Positions 24,358-39,236 of a stretch of DNA of 64,000 nt are shown here, one piece after another. The notes under the pieces were generated by a model. The model worked only from the letters and a program-made list of their open reading frames with translations. It was not told the origin of the DNA and made no database searches. The position numbers and the translations under genes were made by a program. The DNA is taken from positions 6,711,097 through 6,775,096 of the forward strand of contig CM082598.2 in NCBI GenBank assembly GCA_040954595.2, read 5' to 3'. The first letter of the stretch is position 1, and each line of letters starts with the position of its first letter. The DNA comes from Balanoglossus misakiensis. Lineage: Eukaryota > Animalia > Hemichordata.

Positions 24358-27300
24358 GCTTAGAAGTCTGTTTTCTGTTGGACACAGCTCAGTTTGATAT
24401 CAAAATTTGTTAGCACAAATTTGCGTGACCTCTCGCTTACTTACCATTTCTCAGCATCCATAACAGATACAGCCTTTGCTTTCTCTTGGAACCATGCTAA
24501 CCGCTTGGGCCCGTCCCATTTCTTCTTAATGGCGGCCTTATTGGATATTCTGATAACCCTTAAAAATTGACATCTTTTCAACAACTACAAGGCAAATCAA
24601 GTTCTTATTTACTGTGCGGTTCAATGTTTGACAATAATATCATTAGTTGTCATGTCACCTTGGTTGTCATATTGGATTTTTGAAAAATTTCATGAAAAAT
24701 TTCACAAATCTTTTTCTAATCACATTTTCAAGTGAATTGTGATTGGTTTAACCTAATTAAAGCCAAATCAGATTTTCTAAACACACAATTTAAAAAAAAT
24801 CCTATTTCTAGTCTACACAAATCCTTTAAATAGATACGAGTCACCATATGACCAGATTATGTTACAATTTTTGGGCAACTTTCGAATGTCCTTTGATCCT
24901 TTTTTTCCATAACTTAATTGTACGTGGATATGCTTCTTGTTAAAAAGCTTAACAGTCATGATTTTGTTCACATGAGTACTACCAATAGAGCTTAGAAGTC
25001 TGGTTTTTTGTTGGACACTGATCAGTTTGATATCAAATTTTGTTAGCACAATTTTGCATGACCTCTGGCTTACTTTACTATTTCTTGGCATCCACAACAG
25101 AAACAGCCTTTGCTTTCTTTTGGAACCATGCTTACCACATTGGTCCCTCCAATGCAGCATGTTGCTTTAATTGTCTTCTTCATGGTTGCCATATTGGATT
25201 TTTTGGAGATGCGTTTAACGTCAGAGTTGGAAGTTTTGTTTAGTAAAGTCGGGGAAGTGACATGTCTTCAAAGTGACTGATGTTATCTGCTAAGAGCTGA
25301 ATGCCCATGGGTGTTCTTTCCTAGATTTTACATTTTCTTAGCATTTTATAGACCTGTGTATAACTATAATTTTAGTAATATATTCTAATTTGAGTTTAGG
25401 TAGAGTATGCATGGAATTAAAGTAATTATTCTGTAATTACGCAACCAAATATGTTGTCTAACTAATGGATATTTTGATTGTCAATTTGCACAGGCAACAT
25501 TATTGAAGTAGCATTGAGAGTAGTTGATAATATAGCAGAGCTTCTAACTGGAAAGAAGAGCTTAGTAAATTTATCAGCTCATAATATTCCTTTAACCAAT
25601 GAACTTTATATGAACTTGCACACCTGCGTTAAAGATACAGGGATTAATGTTCAGGAAACCTTACCAGCTCTAGTACAATTTTTTGAGCCAGAAATTGAAT
25701 TACCCCCCCCCCCCCCCCAAAGAAAAAAAAAAAATCAGTAATTTCATAAAGACATAGTCAGAAAAGAAATAGAGAAAGCCAGCAAGGAAGGGAGAAAAGT
25801 GGAATACATGAAAGACACAGTTTGCTTAAAATACGTGTGTTTGCAGTAAAACTGTATGGTGCAACGGCGTCCATTTTTATGATTTATAGCCAGCCAGTCT
25901 TTCCATGCATATCATACCAAAATTTAATATGAAATTCTTGTTAATGTTAATAGTCTACAAGGGTAGTACAGGTAACATGTAGAAATTAAACTATCCAACT
26001 TTCTCCACTTTTGATATCTGCTCGACACAGGCAAGCAAAAGGGCTGATCTGTGACTTTGACTTGAATGATGGCAATTTTTGCTGTCCAGAAGTAACTGTA
26101 TAAAATTTTTTTGGTAGTAATATCATCTTTATGATTGCTAAAATACACAAGAATTTAAATATTTCCACTTTCTACAGTGATTGAACTGATTTTCAGCAAA
26201 TTGCAGTGTATAAACAAATATTGCCATCTAATGAAATGTCAACCCAATATGGCCGCCCATTTGCAATGGTAAAATGCTAGGTTTACCATATTTGAGCACC
26301 TGGGAATTAAATTATAATCCAGATATCAAAAACATAAGTCACTATCTGTATCTGCAAATATATTGTAATATAATCTGAAAATTTCGTGAAAATTAGATCA
26401 AACATGATCGAGACACGGAACATCAAACATTGCAAATTTTCATATTTTACCATGGTGCCATGCAAAAAATAGAGAGATTTTTTTTACAAGTTTAGATGGT
26501 CTCCTGTAAAACTGAAAGAAGTAATCTTCTGTGAATCTTGCATTTTTATATAATTTGGTAAAATTCTTTGAAAAATGGTGAAGATACTTAAGAATCTCAG
26601 TATTATTTGATTCGTTTGTACCTAGACAACCGGTGAACCAATTTTGATAATTTTCTTTGTTATAACCTACTAAGATGTATAAACATTTTTATCAGAAAAA
26701 TAAAAGGCAATCTTGGAGTAAATTTTTAACTGAACTTCCTTATATAATTTTAATGGTCCAGCTGTTACAGGGACCACCAGCTATTTTATTATAAACTGGT
26801 GGTAGGTCAGTGAATGCCTCTGTCTGATTGGATTAATTAATTTGTCATACTCGCATGTATTTTTACAGACAGTTTTTGGACAAAAAGCAGTTGTTGTTTT
26901 TTTAGTGTAGCTTGTAAGATTGCTGTGACACATAACACTTTATTTGGCATAGTTAATTTTTTTATGTTTCCATAGTATTTAAATAGTAATACCATATATG
27001 CTTGCCAATGTCACCCCTGAATTTAATTCTGGCGAATACCTAATTTCTGTGTAATCCCCAAAGGGCACCACAGTGTCCTTTACATTATTTTATAAGAAGT
27101 AAATTATACATAGATATGCATCTTGTTAAAAAGCCCAACAGTCATGATTTTGTTCACATGAGTACTACTGCTGCCAGGACATAACCCAAATCTTTTGATA
27201 ATTTTGGCAATGACCTTTGATCTACTATCCCATGCCTTGGCATGTACAGCAGATACAGCCTTCAAATTTGGTGTTCTAATTGACTGTGCGGTTCAATGTT

Positions 27301-30300
27301 TGACAGTAATATCATTACTGGTCATGTTTTTTGGATTTTTGAAAAATATCATAAAAAAAATTTAAAATCTATTTCTAATCAAGTTTTCAAGTAAATTGTG
27401 ATTGGGTAAACCTTATTGGAGCCAAATTGGATTATCTGATCTCCGATAAAAGACTAAAATTTCCTATTTCTAGCATGCTCATTGAAACCACACAAATTCT
27501 TTTTATGGATACGAGTCACCATATGACCAGAATATATCACAATTATTAGACTTCTTTCACATGCTCTTTGATCAAGATTTTACAAAACCTGATTAAACAA
27601 TTTGTTTGCGACTCTCGCATGTCCTTTGATCCAGTAATTCTAGAACTTATTTAATGTGGATATGCCTCTTGTTAAAAAGCACAGCTGTCATGATTTTGTT
27701 CACATGAGTACTACTGCCAGGACATAACCCAAATCTCTTGATAATTTTGGCAATGACCTTTGATCTACAATCCCATGCCTTGGAATGTACAGCAGATACA
27801 GCCTTCAAATTTGGTGGACTGGAACACCTAATGAAGTATTAAACTTTAACACAATAATTTTGTACATAAGCTATTTCAAGTTAACCAATAGAGCTTAGAA
27901 GTCTGTTTTTTTGTTGGACACTGATCAGTTTGATATCAAATTTTGTTAGCACATTTTTGCATGACCTCTGGCTTACTTTACCATTTCTTGGCATCCACAA
28001 CAGAAACAGCCTTTGCTTTCTTTTGGAACCATGCTTACCACTTTGGTCCCTCCAATGCAGCATGTTGCTTTAATTGTCTTCTTCATGGTTGCCATATTGG
28101 ATTTTTTGGAGATGCGTTTAACGTCAGAGTTGGAAGGTTTTTTTTAGAAAAGTCTGGGAAGTGACATGTCTTCAAAGTGACTGATGGTATCTGCTAAGAG
28201 CTGCATGCCCATGGGTGTTCTTTCCTAGATTTTACATTTTCTTAGCATTTTATAGACCTGTGTATAACTATAATTTTAGTTATATATTCTAATTTGAGTT
28301 TAGGTAGAGTATGCATGGAATTAAAGTAATTATTCTGTAATTACCCAACCAAATATGTTGTCTAACTAATGGATATTTTGATTGTCAATTTGCACAGGCA
28401 ACATTATTGAAGTAGCATTGAGAGTAGTTGATAATATAGCAGAGCTTCTAACTGGGAAGAAGAGCTTAGTAAATTCATCAGCTCATAACATTCCTTTAAC
28501 TAATGAACTTTATATGAACTTGCACATCTGCGTTAAAGATACAGGGATTAATGTTCAGGAAACCTTACCAGCTCTAGTACATTTATTTCAGCCAGAAATT
28601 GAATTACCAAAAACATCTGTAATTTCATAAAGACACAGTCAGAAAAGAAATATTGAAAGCCAGCAAGGAAGGGAGAAAAGTCGAATACATGAAAGACACA
28701 GTTTGCGTAAAATACGTGTGTGTGCAGTAAAAACTGAATGGTGCAACGGCGTCCATTTTTATGATTTTTAGCCAGCCAGTCTTTCTATGCATATCATACC
28801 AAAATTTAATATGAAATTCTTGTTAATGTTAATAGTTTACAAGGATAGTACAGGTAACATGTAGAAATTAAACTATCCAACTTTCTTCACTTTTGATATC
28901 CGCTCGACACAGGCAAGCAAAAGGGCCGATCTGAGACTTTGACTTGAATGATCGCAATTTTTGCTGTCCAAGAGTAACTTTATAAAATTCATTTGGTAGT
29001 AATATCAGCTTTATGATTGCTAAAAATAAACAAGAATTTAAATATTTCGTACTTACTAAAGTGATTGAACTGATTTTCAGCAAATTGCTGTGTATAAACA
29101 AATATTGCCATCTAATGAAATGTCAACGCAATATGGCCACCCATTTGCAATGGAAAAATGCTAGGTTTACCATATTTGAGCATCTGAGAATTTAAATTAT
29201 AATCCAGATATCAAAAACTTAAGTCACTATCTGTATCTGCACATATATTGTAATATATTCTGAAAATTTCGTAACAATTACATCAACCATGATTGAGACA
29301 CGGAACATCAAACAATGCAAATTTTCATATTTTACCATGGTGCCATGCAAAAAATAGAGAGATTTTTTTACAAGTTTAGATGATCTCCTGTAAAACTGAA
29401 AGAAGTAATCTTCTGTGAATCTTGCATTTTTATATAATTTGGTAAAATTCTTTGAAAAATGGTGAAGATACTTGAGAATCTCAGTATTATTTGATTCGTT
29501 TGTACCTAGAAAACCTGTGAACCAATTTTGATAATTTTCTTTATTATAACCTACTTAGAAATTTAAAAATTTTCATCAGTAAAATAAACGGCCATCTTGG
29601 AGTAAATTTTTAACTGAACTTCCTCATATAATTTTAATGGTCCAGCTGTTACATGGACCACCAGCTATTTTATTATAAACTGGTGGTAGGTCAGTGAATG
29701 CCTCTGTCTGATTGGACTAATTAATTTGTCATACTCGCATGTATTTTTACAGACAGTTTTTGGACAAAAAGCAGTTGTTGTTTTTTTAGTGTAGCTTGTA
29801 AGATTGCTGTGACACATAACACTTTATTTGGCATAGTTAATTTTTTTATGTTTCCATAGTATTTAAATAGTAATACCATATATGCTTGCCAATGTCACCC
29901 CTGAATTTAATTCTGGCGAATACCTAATTTCTGTGTAATCCCCAAAGGGCACCACAGTGTCCTTTACATTATTTTATAAGAAGTAAATTATACATAGATA
30001 TGCATCTTGTTAAAAAGCCCAACAGTCATGATTTTGTTCACATGAGTACTACTGCTGCCAGGACATAACCCAAATCTTTTGATAATTTTGGCAATGACCT
30101 TTGATCTACTATCCCATGCCTTGGCATGTACAGCAGATACAGCCTTCAAATTTGGTGTTCTAATTGACTGTGCGGTTCAATGTTTGACAGTAATATCATT
30201 ACTGGTCATGTTTTTTGGATTTTTGAAAAATATCATAAAAAAAATTTAAAATCTATTTCTAATCAAGTTTTCAAGTAAATTGTGATTGGGTAAACCTTAT

Positions 30301-33300
30301 TGGAGCCAAATTGGATTATCTGATCTCCGATAAAAGACTAAAATTTCCTATTTCTAGCATGCTCATTGAAACCACACAAATTCTTTTTATGGATACGAGT
30401 CACCATATGACCAGAATATATCACAATTATTAGACTTCTTTCACATGTTCTTTGATCAAGATTTTACAAAACCTGATTAAACAATTTGTTTGCGACTCTC
30501 GCATGTCCTTTGATCCAGTAATTCTAGAACTTATTTAATGTGGATATGCCTCTTGTTAAAAAGCACAGCTGTCATGATTTTGTTCACATGAGTACTACTG
30601 CCAGGACATAACCCAAATCTCTTGATAATTTTGGCAATGACCTTTGATCTACAATCCCATGCCTTGGAATGTACAGCAGATACAGCCTTCAAATTTGGTG
30701 GACTGGAACACCTAATGAAGTATTAAACTTTAACACAATAATTTTGTACATAAGCTATTTCAAGTTAACCAATAGAGCTTAGAAGTCTGTTTTTTTGTTG
30801 GACACTGATCAGTTTGATATCAAATTTTGTTAGCACATTTTTGCATGACCTCTGGCTTACTTTACCATTTCTTGGCATCCACAACAGAAACAGCCTTTGC
30901 TTTCTTTTGGAACCATGCTTACCACTTTGGTCCCTCCAATGCAGCATGTTGCTTTAATTGTCTTCTTCATGGTTGCCATATTGGATTTTTTGGAGATGCG
31001 TTTAACGTCAGAGTTGGAAGGTTTTTTTTAGAAAAGTCTGGGAAGTGACATGTCTTCAAAGTGACTGATGGTATCTGCTAAGAGCTGCATGCCCATGGGT
31101 GTTCTTTCCTAGATTTTACATTTTCTTAGCATTTTATAGACCTGTGTATAACTATAATTTTAGTTATATATTCTAATTTGAGTTTAGGTAGAGTATGCAT
31201 GGAATTAAAGTAATTATTCTGTAATTACCCAACCAAATATGTTGTCTAACTAATGGATATTTTGATTGTCAATTTGCACAGGCAACATTATTGAAGTAGC
31301 ATTGAGAGTAGTTGATAATATAGCAGAGCTTCTAACTGGGAAGAAGAGCTTAGTAAATTCATCAGCTCATAATATTCCTTTAACTAATGAAATTTATATG
31401 AACTTGCACATCTGCGTTAAAGATACAGGGATTAATGTTCAGGAAACCTTACCAGCTCTAGTACATTTATTTCAGCCAGAAATTGAATTACCAAAAAAAT
31501 CTGTAATTTCATAAAGACACAGTCAGAAAAGAAATATTGAAAGCCAGCAAGGAAGGGAGAAAAGTCGAATACATGAAAGACACAGTTTGCGTAAAATACG
31601 TGTGTGTGCAGTAAAAACTGTATGGTGCAACGGCGTCCATTTTTATGATTTTTAGCCAGCCAGTCTTTCTATGCATATCATACCAAAATTTAATATGAAA
31701 TTCTTGTTAATGTTAATAGTTTACAAGGATAGTACAGGTAACATGTAGAAATTAAACTATCCAACTTTCTTCACTTTTGATATCCGCTCGACACAGGCAA
31801 GCAAAAGGGCCGATCTGAGACTTTGACTTGAATGATCGCAATTTTTGCTGTCCAAGAGTAACTTTATAAAATTCATTTGGTAGTAATATCAGCTTTATGA
31901 TTGCTAAAAATAAACAAGAATTTAAATATTTCGTACTTACTAAAGTGATTGAACTGATTTTCAGCAAATTGCTGTGCATAAACAAATATTGCCATCTAAT
32001 GAAATGTCAACGCAATATGGCCACCCATTTGCAATGGAAAAATGCTAGGTTTACCATATTTGAGCATCTGAGAATTTAAATTATAATCCAGATATCAAAA
32101 ACTTAAGTCACTATCTGTATCTGCACATATATTGTAATATATTCTGAAAATTTCGTAACAATTACATCAACCATGATTGAGACACGGAACATCAAACAAT
32201 GCAAATTTTCATATTTTACCATGGTGCCATGCAAAAAATAGAGAGATTTTTTTACAAGTTTAGATGATCTCCTGTAAAACTGAAAGAAGTAATCTTCTGT
32301 GAATCTTGCATTTTTATATAATTTGGTAAAATTCTTTGAAAAATGGTGAAGATACTTGAGAATCTCAGTATTATTTGATTCGTTTGTACCTAGAAAACCT
32401 GTGAACCAATTTTGATAATTTTCTTTATTATAACCTACTTAGAAATTTAAAAATTTTCATCAGTAAAATAAACGGCCATCTTGGAGTAAATTTTTAACTG
32501 AACTTCCTCATATAATTTTAATGGTCCAGCTGTTACATGGACCACCAGCTATTTTATTATAAACTGGTGGTAGGTCAGTGAATGCCTCTGTCTGATTGGA
32601 CTAATTAGTTTGTCATACTCGCATGTATTTTTACAGACAGTTTATGGACAAAAATCAGTTGTTGTTTTTTTAGTGTAGCTTGTAAGATTGCTGTGACACA
32701 TAACACTTTATTTGGCATAGTTAAATTTTTTATGTTTCCATAGTATTTAAATAGTAATGCCATATATGCTTGCCAATGTCACCCCTGAATTTAATTCTGG
32801 TGAATACCTAATTTCTGTGTAATCCCCAAAGGGCACCACAGTGTCCTTTACATTATTTTATAAGAAGTAAATTATACATAGATATGCATCTTGTTAAAAA
32901 GCCCAACAGTCATGATTTTGTTCACATGAGTACTACTGCTGCCAGGACATAACCCAAATCTTTTGATAATTTTGGCAATGACCTTTGATCTACTATCCCA
33001 TGCCTTGGCATGTACAGCAGATACAGCCTTCAAATTTGGTGTTCTCAATTGACTGTGCGGTTCAATGTTTGACAATAATATCATTAGTGGTCATGTGGCT
33101 TTGGATTTTTGAAAAATATCATAAAAAAAATTTCAAAAATCTATTTCTAATCAAGTTTTCAAGTAAATTGTGATTGGATAAACCTTGCTGGAGCCAAATT
33201 GGATTTTCTGATCTCCGATAAAAGACTAAAATTTCCTATTTCTAGCGTGCTCATTGAAACCACACAAATTCTTTTTTATGGATACGAGTCACCATATGAC

Positions 33301-36224
33301 CAGAATATATCACAATTATTAGACTACTTTCACATGTTCTTTGATCAAGATTTTACAAAACTTGATTAAACAATTTGTTTGCGACTCTCGCATGTCCTTT
33401 GATCCAGTAATTCAAGAACTTATTTAATTTGGATATGCCTCTTGTTAAAAAGCACAACAGTCATGATTTTGTTCTCATGAGTACTACTGCTGACAGGACA
33501 TAACCCAAATATTTTGATAATTTTGGCAATGACCTTTGATCTATTATCCCATGCCTTGGCATGTACAGCAGATATAGCCTTCAAATTTGGTGGACTGGAA
33601 CACCTAATGAAGTATTAAATTTTAACACAATAATTATGTACATAAGCTATTTCAAGTCAACCAATAGAGCTTAGAAGTCTGTTTTCTGTTGGACACAGCT
33701 CAGTTTGATATCAAAATTTGTTAGCACAAATTTGCGTGACCACTGGCTTACTTACCATTTCTCAGCATCCATAACAGATACAGCCTTTGTTTTCTCTTGG
33801 AACCATGCTAACCACTTTGGTCCCTCCAATGCTGCTTTTAGTTTTAATTGTCTTGTTCATGGCGGCCATATTGGATTTTCGGATAACCTTTAAAAGGTGA
33901 CATTTTTTTCAAAAACTACAGGGCCAATCAAGTTTTAATTGACTGTGCGGTTCAATGTTTGACAATAATATCGTCAGTGGTCATGTGGCTTTGGATTTTT
34001 GAAAAATATCATAAAAAAATCAAAAAATCTATTTCTAATCAAGTTTTCAAGTAAATTGTGATTGGGTAAACCTTATTGGAGCCAAATTGGATTTTCTGAT
34101 CTCCGATAAAAGACTAACATTTTCTATTTCTAGCGTGCTCGTTGAAACCACACAAATTCTTTTTATGGATATGAGTCACCATAGGACCAGAATATATCAA
34201 AATTATTAGACTACTTTCAGATGTTCTTTGATCAAATTTTTACAAAACTTGATTAAACAACTTGTTTGCGACTCTCGCATGTCCTTTGATCCAGTAATTC
34301 GAGAACTTATTTTATGTGGATATGCCTCTTGTTAAACAGCTCAACTGTCATGATTTTGTTCACATGAGTACTACTGCTGCCAGGACATAACCCAAATCTT
34401 TTGATAATTTTGGCAATGACCTTTGATCTACTATCCCATGCCTTGGCATGTACAGCAGATACAGCCTTCAAATTTGGTGGACTGGAACACCTAATGAAGT
34501 ATTAAACTTTCACACATAATTATGTACATAAGCTATTTCAAATTAACCAATAGAGCTTAGAAGTCTGTTTTCTGTTGGACACAGCTCAGTTTGATATCAA
34601 AATTTGTTGGCCCAAATTTGCATGACCTCTGGCTTACTTACCATTTCTCAGCATCCATAACGGATACAGCCTTTGCTTTCTGTTGGAACCATACTAACCA
34701 CGTTGGTCCCGCCAATGCTGCTTTTAGTTGTAATTGTCTTGTTCATGGCGGCCATATTGGATTTTCGGATAACCTTTAAAAGGTGACATTTTTTTTCAAA
34801 AACTACAGGGCCAATCAAGATCAAATTGACTGTGCGGTTCAATGTTTGACAATAATATCGTTAGTGGTCATGTGGCTTTGGATTTTTGAAAAATAGAATA
34901 AAAAAATTTGAAAACATTTATTTCTAATCAAGTTTTCAAGTAAAATGTGATTGGGTAAACCTTATTGGAGCCAAATTGGATTTTCTGATCTCCGATAAAA
35001 GACTAAAATTTCCTATTTCTAGCGTGCTCATTGAAACCACACAAATTCTTTTTATGGATATGAGTCACCGTAGGACCAGAATATATCATAATTATTAGAC
35101 TACTTCCACATGTTCTTTGATCCAGTAATTCCAGAACTTATTTTATGTGGATATGCCTCTTGTTAAAAAGCACAACAGTCATGATTTTGTTCATATGAGT
35201 ACTACTGCTGCCAGGACACAACCCAAATCTTTTGATAATTTTGGCAATGACCTTTGATCTACTATCCCATGCCTTGGCATGTACAGCAGATACAGCCTTC
35301 AAATTTGGTGGACTGGAACACCCAATGAAGTATTAAACTTTTACACAATAATTTTGTACATAATCTAATTTAAGTTAACCAATAGAGCTTAGAAATCTGG
35401 ATTTTGTTAGACACTGATCAGTTTGATATCAAAATTTGTTGGCACAATTTTGCATGACATCTGGCTTACTTTACCATTTCTCGGCATCTGCTACAGATAC
35501 AGCCTTTGCTTTCTGTTGGAACCATGCTAAGGACATTCGTCCCTCCAATGCTGCTTTTAGCTTTGTCTTCGTCATGGCGGCCATATTGGATTTTCTGATA
35601 ACCTTTAAAAGTTGACTTTTTTCAAAAATTACAAGGCCAATAAAGTTCTAATTTACTGTGCGGTTCCAATTTTTTCAATAATAATGTTAGTGGTCATGTG
35701 ACTTTGGATTTAATATGGATTTTTGAAAAATCTCGTTAAAAATGTCAAAAATCTTTTTCTACTTAAGTTTTCAAGTGAATTGTGATTGGTTCAACCTTAT
35801 TGGATAAAACTTTTGTATGGATACGAGTCGCCATATGACCAGAATACATGTTTTTGATCCAGTTTTCTCAGAACTTGATTATACAAAATTTTGACAACTA
35901 CACATTTCCTTTGATCCAGTGTTTTCTGAACTTAATTGTACGTGGATACGATTCTTGTTAAAAAGCACAACAGTCATGATTTTGTTTACATGAGTACTAC
36001 TGCTGCCGGAATATAACCTAATTTTTTGATAATTTTGGCAATGACCTTTGATCTACTTTCCCATAACCTGGCATGCACAGCAGATGCATGTTTCAAATTT
36101 AGAGGACTGGAACACCTAATGAAGTACTTTACCATTTCTTGGCATCCACAACAGATACAGCCTTTGCTTTCTTTTGAAACCATGCTAACCAGTTTAGCCC
36201 CTGCAATGCTGCTTGTAAGTTTAA

Positions 36225-37724
36225 CACTTTCACTGCGTAGTTAATATATGCTAATGTATTCCTGTGCGTAGTTTCCTATGGTAAATTTAACTAATAAACA
36301 ATGTTTTACTTTACCATCTCTCTCTCTTGTAATATGAAAGTATATGCAATGATATTTCCAGCAAGTATATTTTATAAGACAACCAACATAATAAAACTGA
36401 AAAATGGTCACATGACCGTTAATTGGTCATGTGACACTGGCGGCCATAATGGATTTCTGTCGAAATATGGTAAAAACAACAGATATTGTAATATAAGTGA
36501 CTGAAATACTGTATTTAATTCATTGTATCACAGCTGACAGACAAAAATAGTCAAAAACAACTTCCCCCTGTATAAAAGGGAATAACAAGTGACTTTTGAG
36601 CAAGAAATTTGATCAAATTTATTAATGGACCATAAAAAGAATTATCAAATCATGCCCACCATTTACATGTATACATGTTTAAAATCTGAGAAAGAAATAG
36701 AGTTTATTAGTGAAAAGGTGAATGATTGAATTTGTAAATAAATAATAATAATAAAATAAATTCATTAAGTAATTTATTAAATACTCTACGTTTTAATGAA
36801 TTGCAAGTTGAAGAAATCAAGATTGGTAAATATGAATATACACACATTTAAAAAAAAAATTCATTAGCATAGTACTGTTTTGGCAATTCATTTCAAATGG
36901 ATATAATACTCTGACAACATAGACTTCTGGCAAAGTCCCATCATGATTTGCAAAGAAACCTACGCCTTCATTTAATTCAGTGAAGTAGGCATCTAGCGAA
37001 ATCTTGACCGGAAGGGCAACTCATCAATTGCAGGGTTGTCAAAAATTGTGCGGTGTACATATCAGTTTGCTCTGACAATGACATCAACTCAAACACATCA
37101 GCACGAAAGAACAGCTGAAAAAAGTCAACGGGTGCAAAGTCATCAGTGTCAACTAATAAACCTTAGCGATGATCGTATACAGATAACCAGTCCGGTGTGT
37201 AATTGTCATTTACGTCATACAAAACCCACCGCGTGTCACCATCAACGTTACGACGTCTGAGAACATGGCAAAAACCCTCCCTCTCTCTCTGTCTCTACTC
37301 TGTTTTCTCCGTGTCTGGCTTCTATTTCTGGTTCTATGATGTTGTTGTCCGTAATTTGGCTTCCGCTATCGCTATGATCGCTGTCACTATCCTGAAAGAC
37401 TTGTTCAAGAACTTCGTCGGCATCAAACTTTGCCCGTGTCGCCATTTTTAAATACCAAGTGAATGAAAAAAATATGATCGGGGCGACCTAAAATCAGCTG
37501 TATAAGGAAACCCTTTGATGACAAAATCGACTTGATTGTTTACAATACATATGCGCATGCTCAATTAGGGTTGACCCCTGTCCTATATAAAGTGATACAA
37601 AATGAGTAAATAAGCAACGAACATAAAATAGAACAGACCAAGTAACGGACGCGATCTTGGCGCATTTATGCGCCTCCCGCATTCTGACTGCCGGCGCAGA
37701 AAACGCCCTCCCGCAGCGAAAGTG
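36225..37724 (-). mobile_element. Non-autonomous piggyBac-type element, 1.5 kb
   Basis: TTAA at 36221-36224 and 37725-37728; TIR cactttcactgcg / cgcagcgaaagtg (12/13); the array unit resumes after it. Confidence 0.9.
37248..37445 (-). pseudogene. Relic of piggyBac transposase acidic N-terminus
   Basis: MATRAKFDADEVLEQVFQDSDSDHSDS starts ~280 bp inside the TIR; no DDD catalytic core follows. Confidence 0.55.
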
Positions 37725-39236
37725 TTAATTGTCTTCTTCATGACGGCCATATTGGATTTTCTGATAATTTCTACAAGTTGACATTTATTTTCAAAACTGC
37801 AGGGCAAATCAATTACTAATTGACTGTCTGGTTCAAAGTTTGACAATAATATCATTAGTGGTCATGTGACTTTTGATGCCATATTGGATTTTTGAAAATC
37901 TCATTAAAATTGTCATTTTTTTATCTAATCAAGTTTTCAAGTGAATTTTGATTGGTTAAATCTCATTGGAGCCAAATAAGATGTTCTAAACTCCGATTAA
38001 AAACTAAATTTTCCTATTTTAGCCTATGCATTGATTGCATACAAATTCCTTTAATGGATACGAGTCACCATACGACTAGAATATGTTACAATTTTTTGGC
38101 AACTTTCACATGTCCTTTGATCCAACCTTTTTCAACACCTAATAATACAAATTTTTGGCAACTTTCATTTGTCTTTTGATCCAGATCTTTCAGAACTTAA
38201 TGAAAGCTTATTGAAGCCAAATTGGATTTTATGAATTCTGATTAAAAACTGACATTTCCTTATTCTGGGCTACTCATTGATTGCACACCAATTCTTTTTA
38301 TAGATACGAGTCTTCATATGACCAGAATACATTGCATTTTTTTGGGCAACTTTCGCATGTATTTTGATCCAGTTTTATTTCAGAACTTAATTATTCGTGG
38401 ATGTGCCTCTTGTTGAAAAGCACAACAGTGATGATTTTTGTCACATTAATATTACTGCTGCCAGGACATTACCCAAATATTTTGATAATTTTGGCATTGA
38501 ACTTCGTTCAACATTTGGCACCTGTTTTCTTTTCTGAATATCTTATTGCGGCAAGACTAGTAGCACTAGAGGTTTGGTTTTGATGTATATGGACAAGTAT
38601 GGGACTTAGGTATTTTTGTTACATTTGGAATCCACTGGACCAATGTTGACCTTATTAAATATGTGCATATCTAATGCTGAGCTTACCCACATTGTTACAG
38701 GTTGATTTTTTTATGAACATGCTCTACTATTGGACTTAATTTTTTTGCTGAATTTCTTGACCAATGATAATCTTATAAATATGTGCTTACGTAATTGTAG
38801 ACTAGACAATGAAGCTTTGAGTCTTGGTTTCCTTGAACATTGACCACTATGCAATCAAAATTTTTTTTGATGGCTTTGGTTACTTTTAACCTATTTTTCC
38901 ATGCCTTGGCATGCACAGCAGATAACGCCTTAAAATTTTGAAGGCTGGAGCGCCTAATAACCAGGTTAACCAATAGAGCCAGAAGTCTTGTTTTTCATTT
39001 TACACTGATCATTTTGGAAGAAAAAATTGTTGACAATTTTGGGTGAGCTCTTGGTGACCTTTGATCAACTTTCCTATAAACATAGCAGATACAGCATTGG
39101 CACTCTCTGGTATCCATAGGAACTGCTTAGACCTAGCCAATGTTGGTTGCACCTTAATTTTTTTTAATTAATTGACCATATGCACCCCTTGACCCACAGT
39201 ACGTTGTGTTGGACTGGCTTGCCACATTAATGCTAT

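Larger units (their letters stand above)
16491..39200 (+). repeat. Helentron/HINE-derived macro-array: tandem ~810-890-bp units plus five copies of a 1.2-1.8-kb cargo segment
   Basis: Unit period 886 (33705 vs 34591); cargo periods ~4008, 4840, 2904 and 2884 (16630/20638/25478/28382/31266); units end in ggtccctccaatgctgct...ttaatt, like the HINE 3' end at 40590-40623. Confidence 0.9.

Noticed and set aside
17055-36244. Repeated short ORFs in the HINE units
   Set aside because: Non-coding repeat; frames are broken differently between copies; no Rep or helicase motifs.
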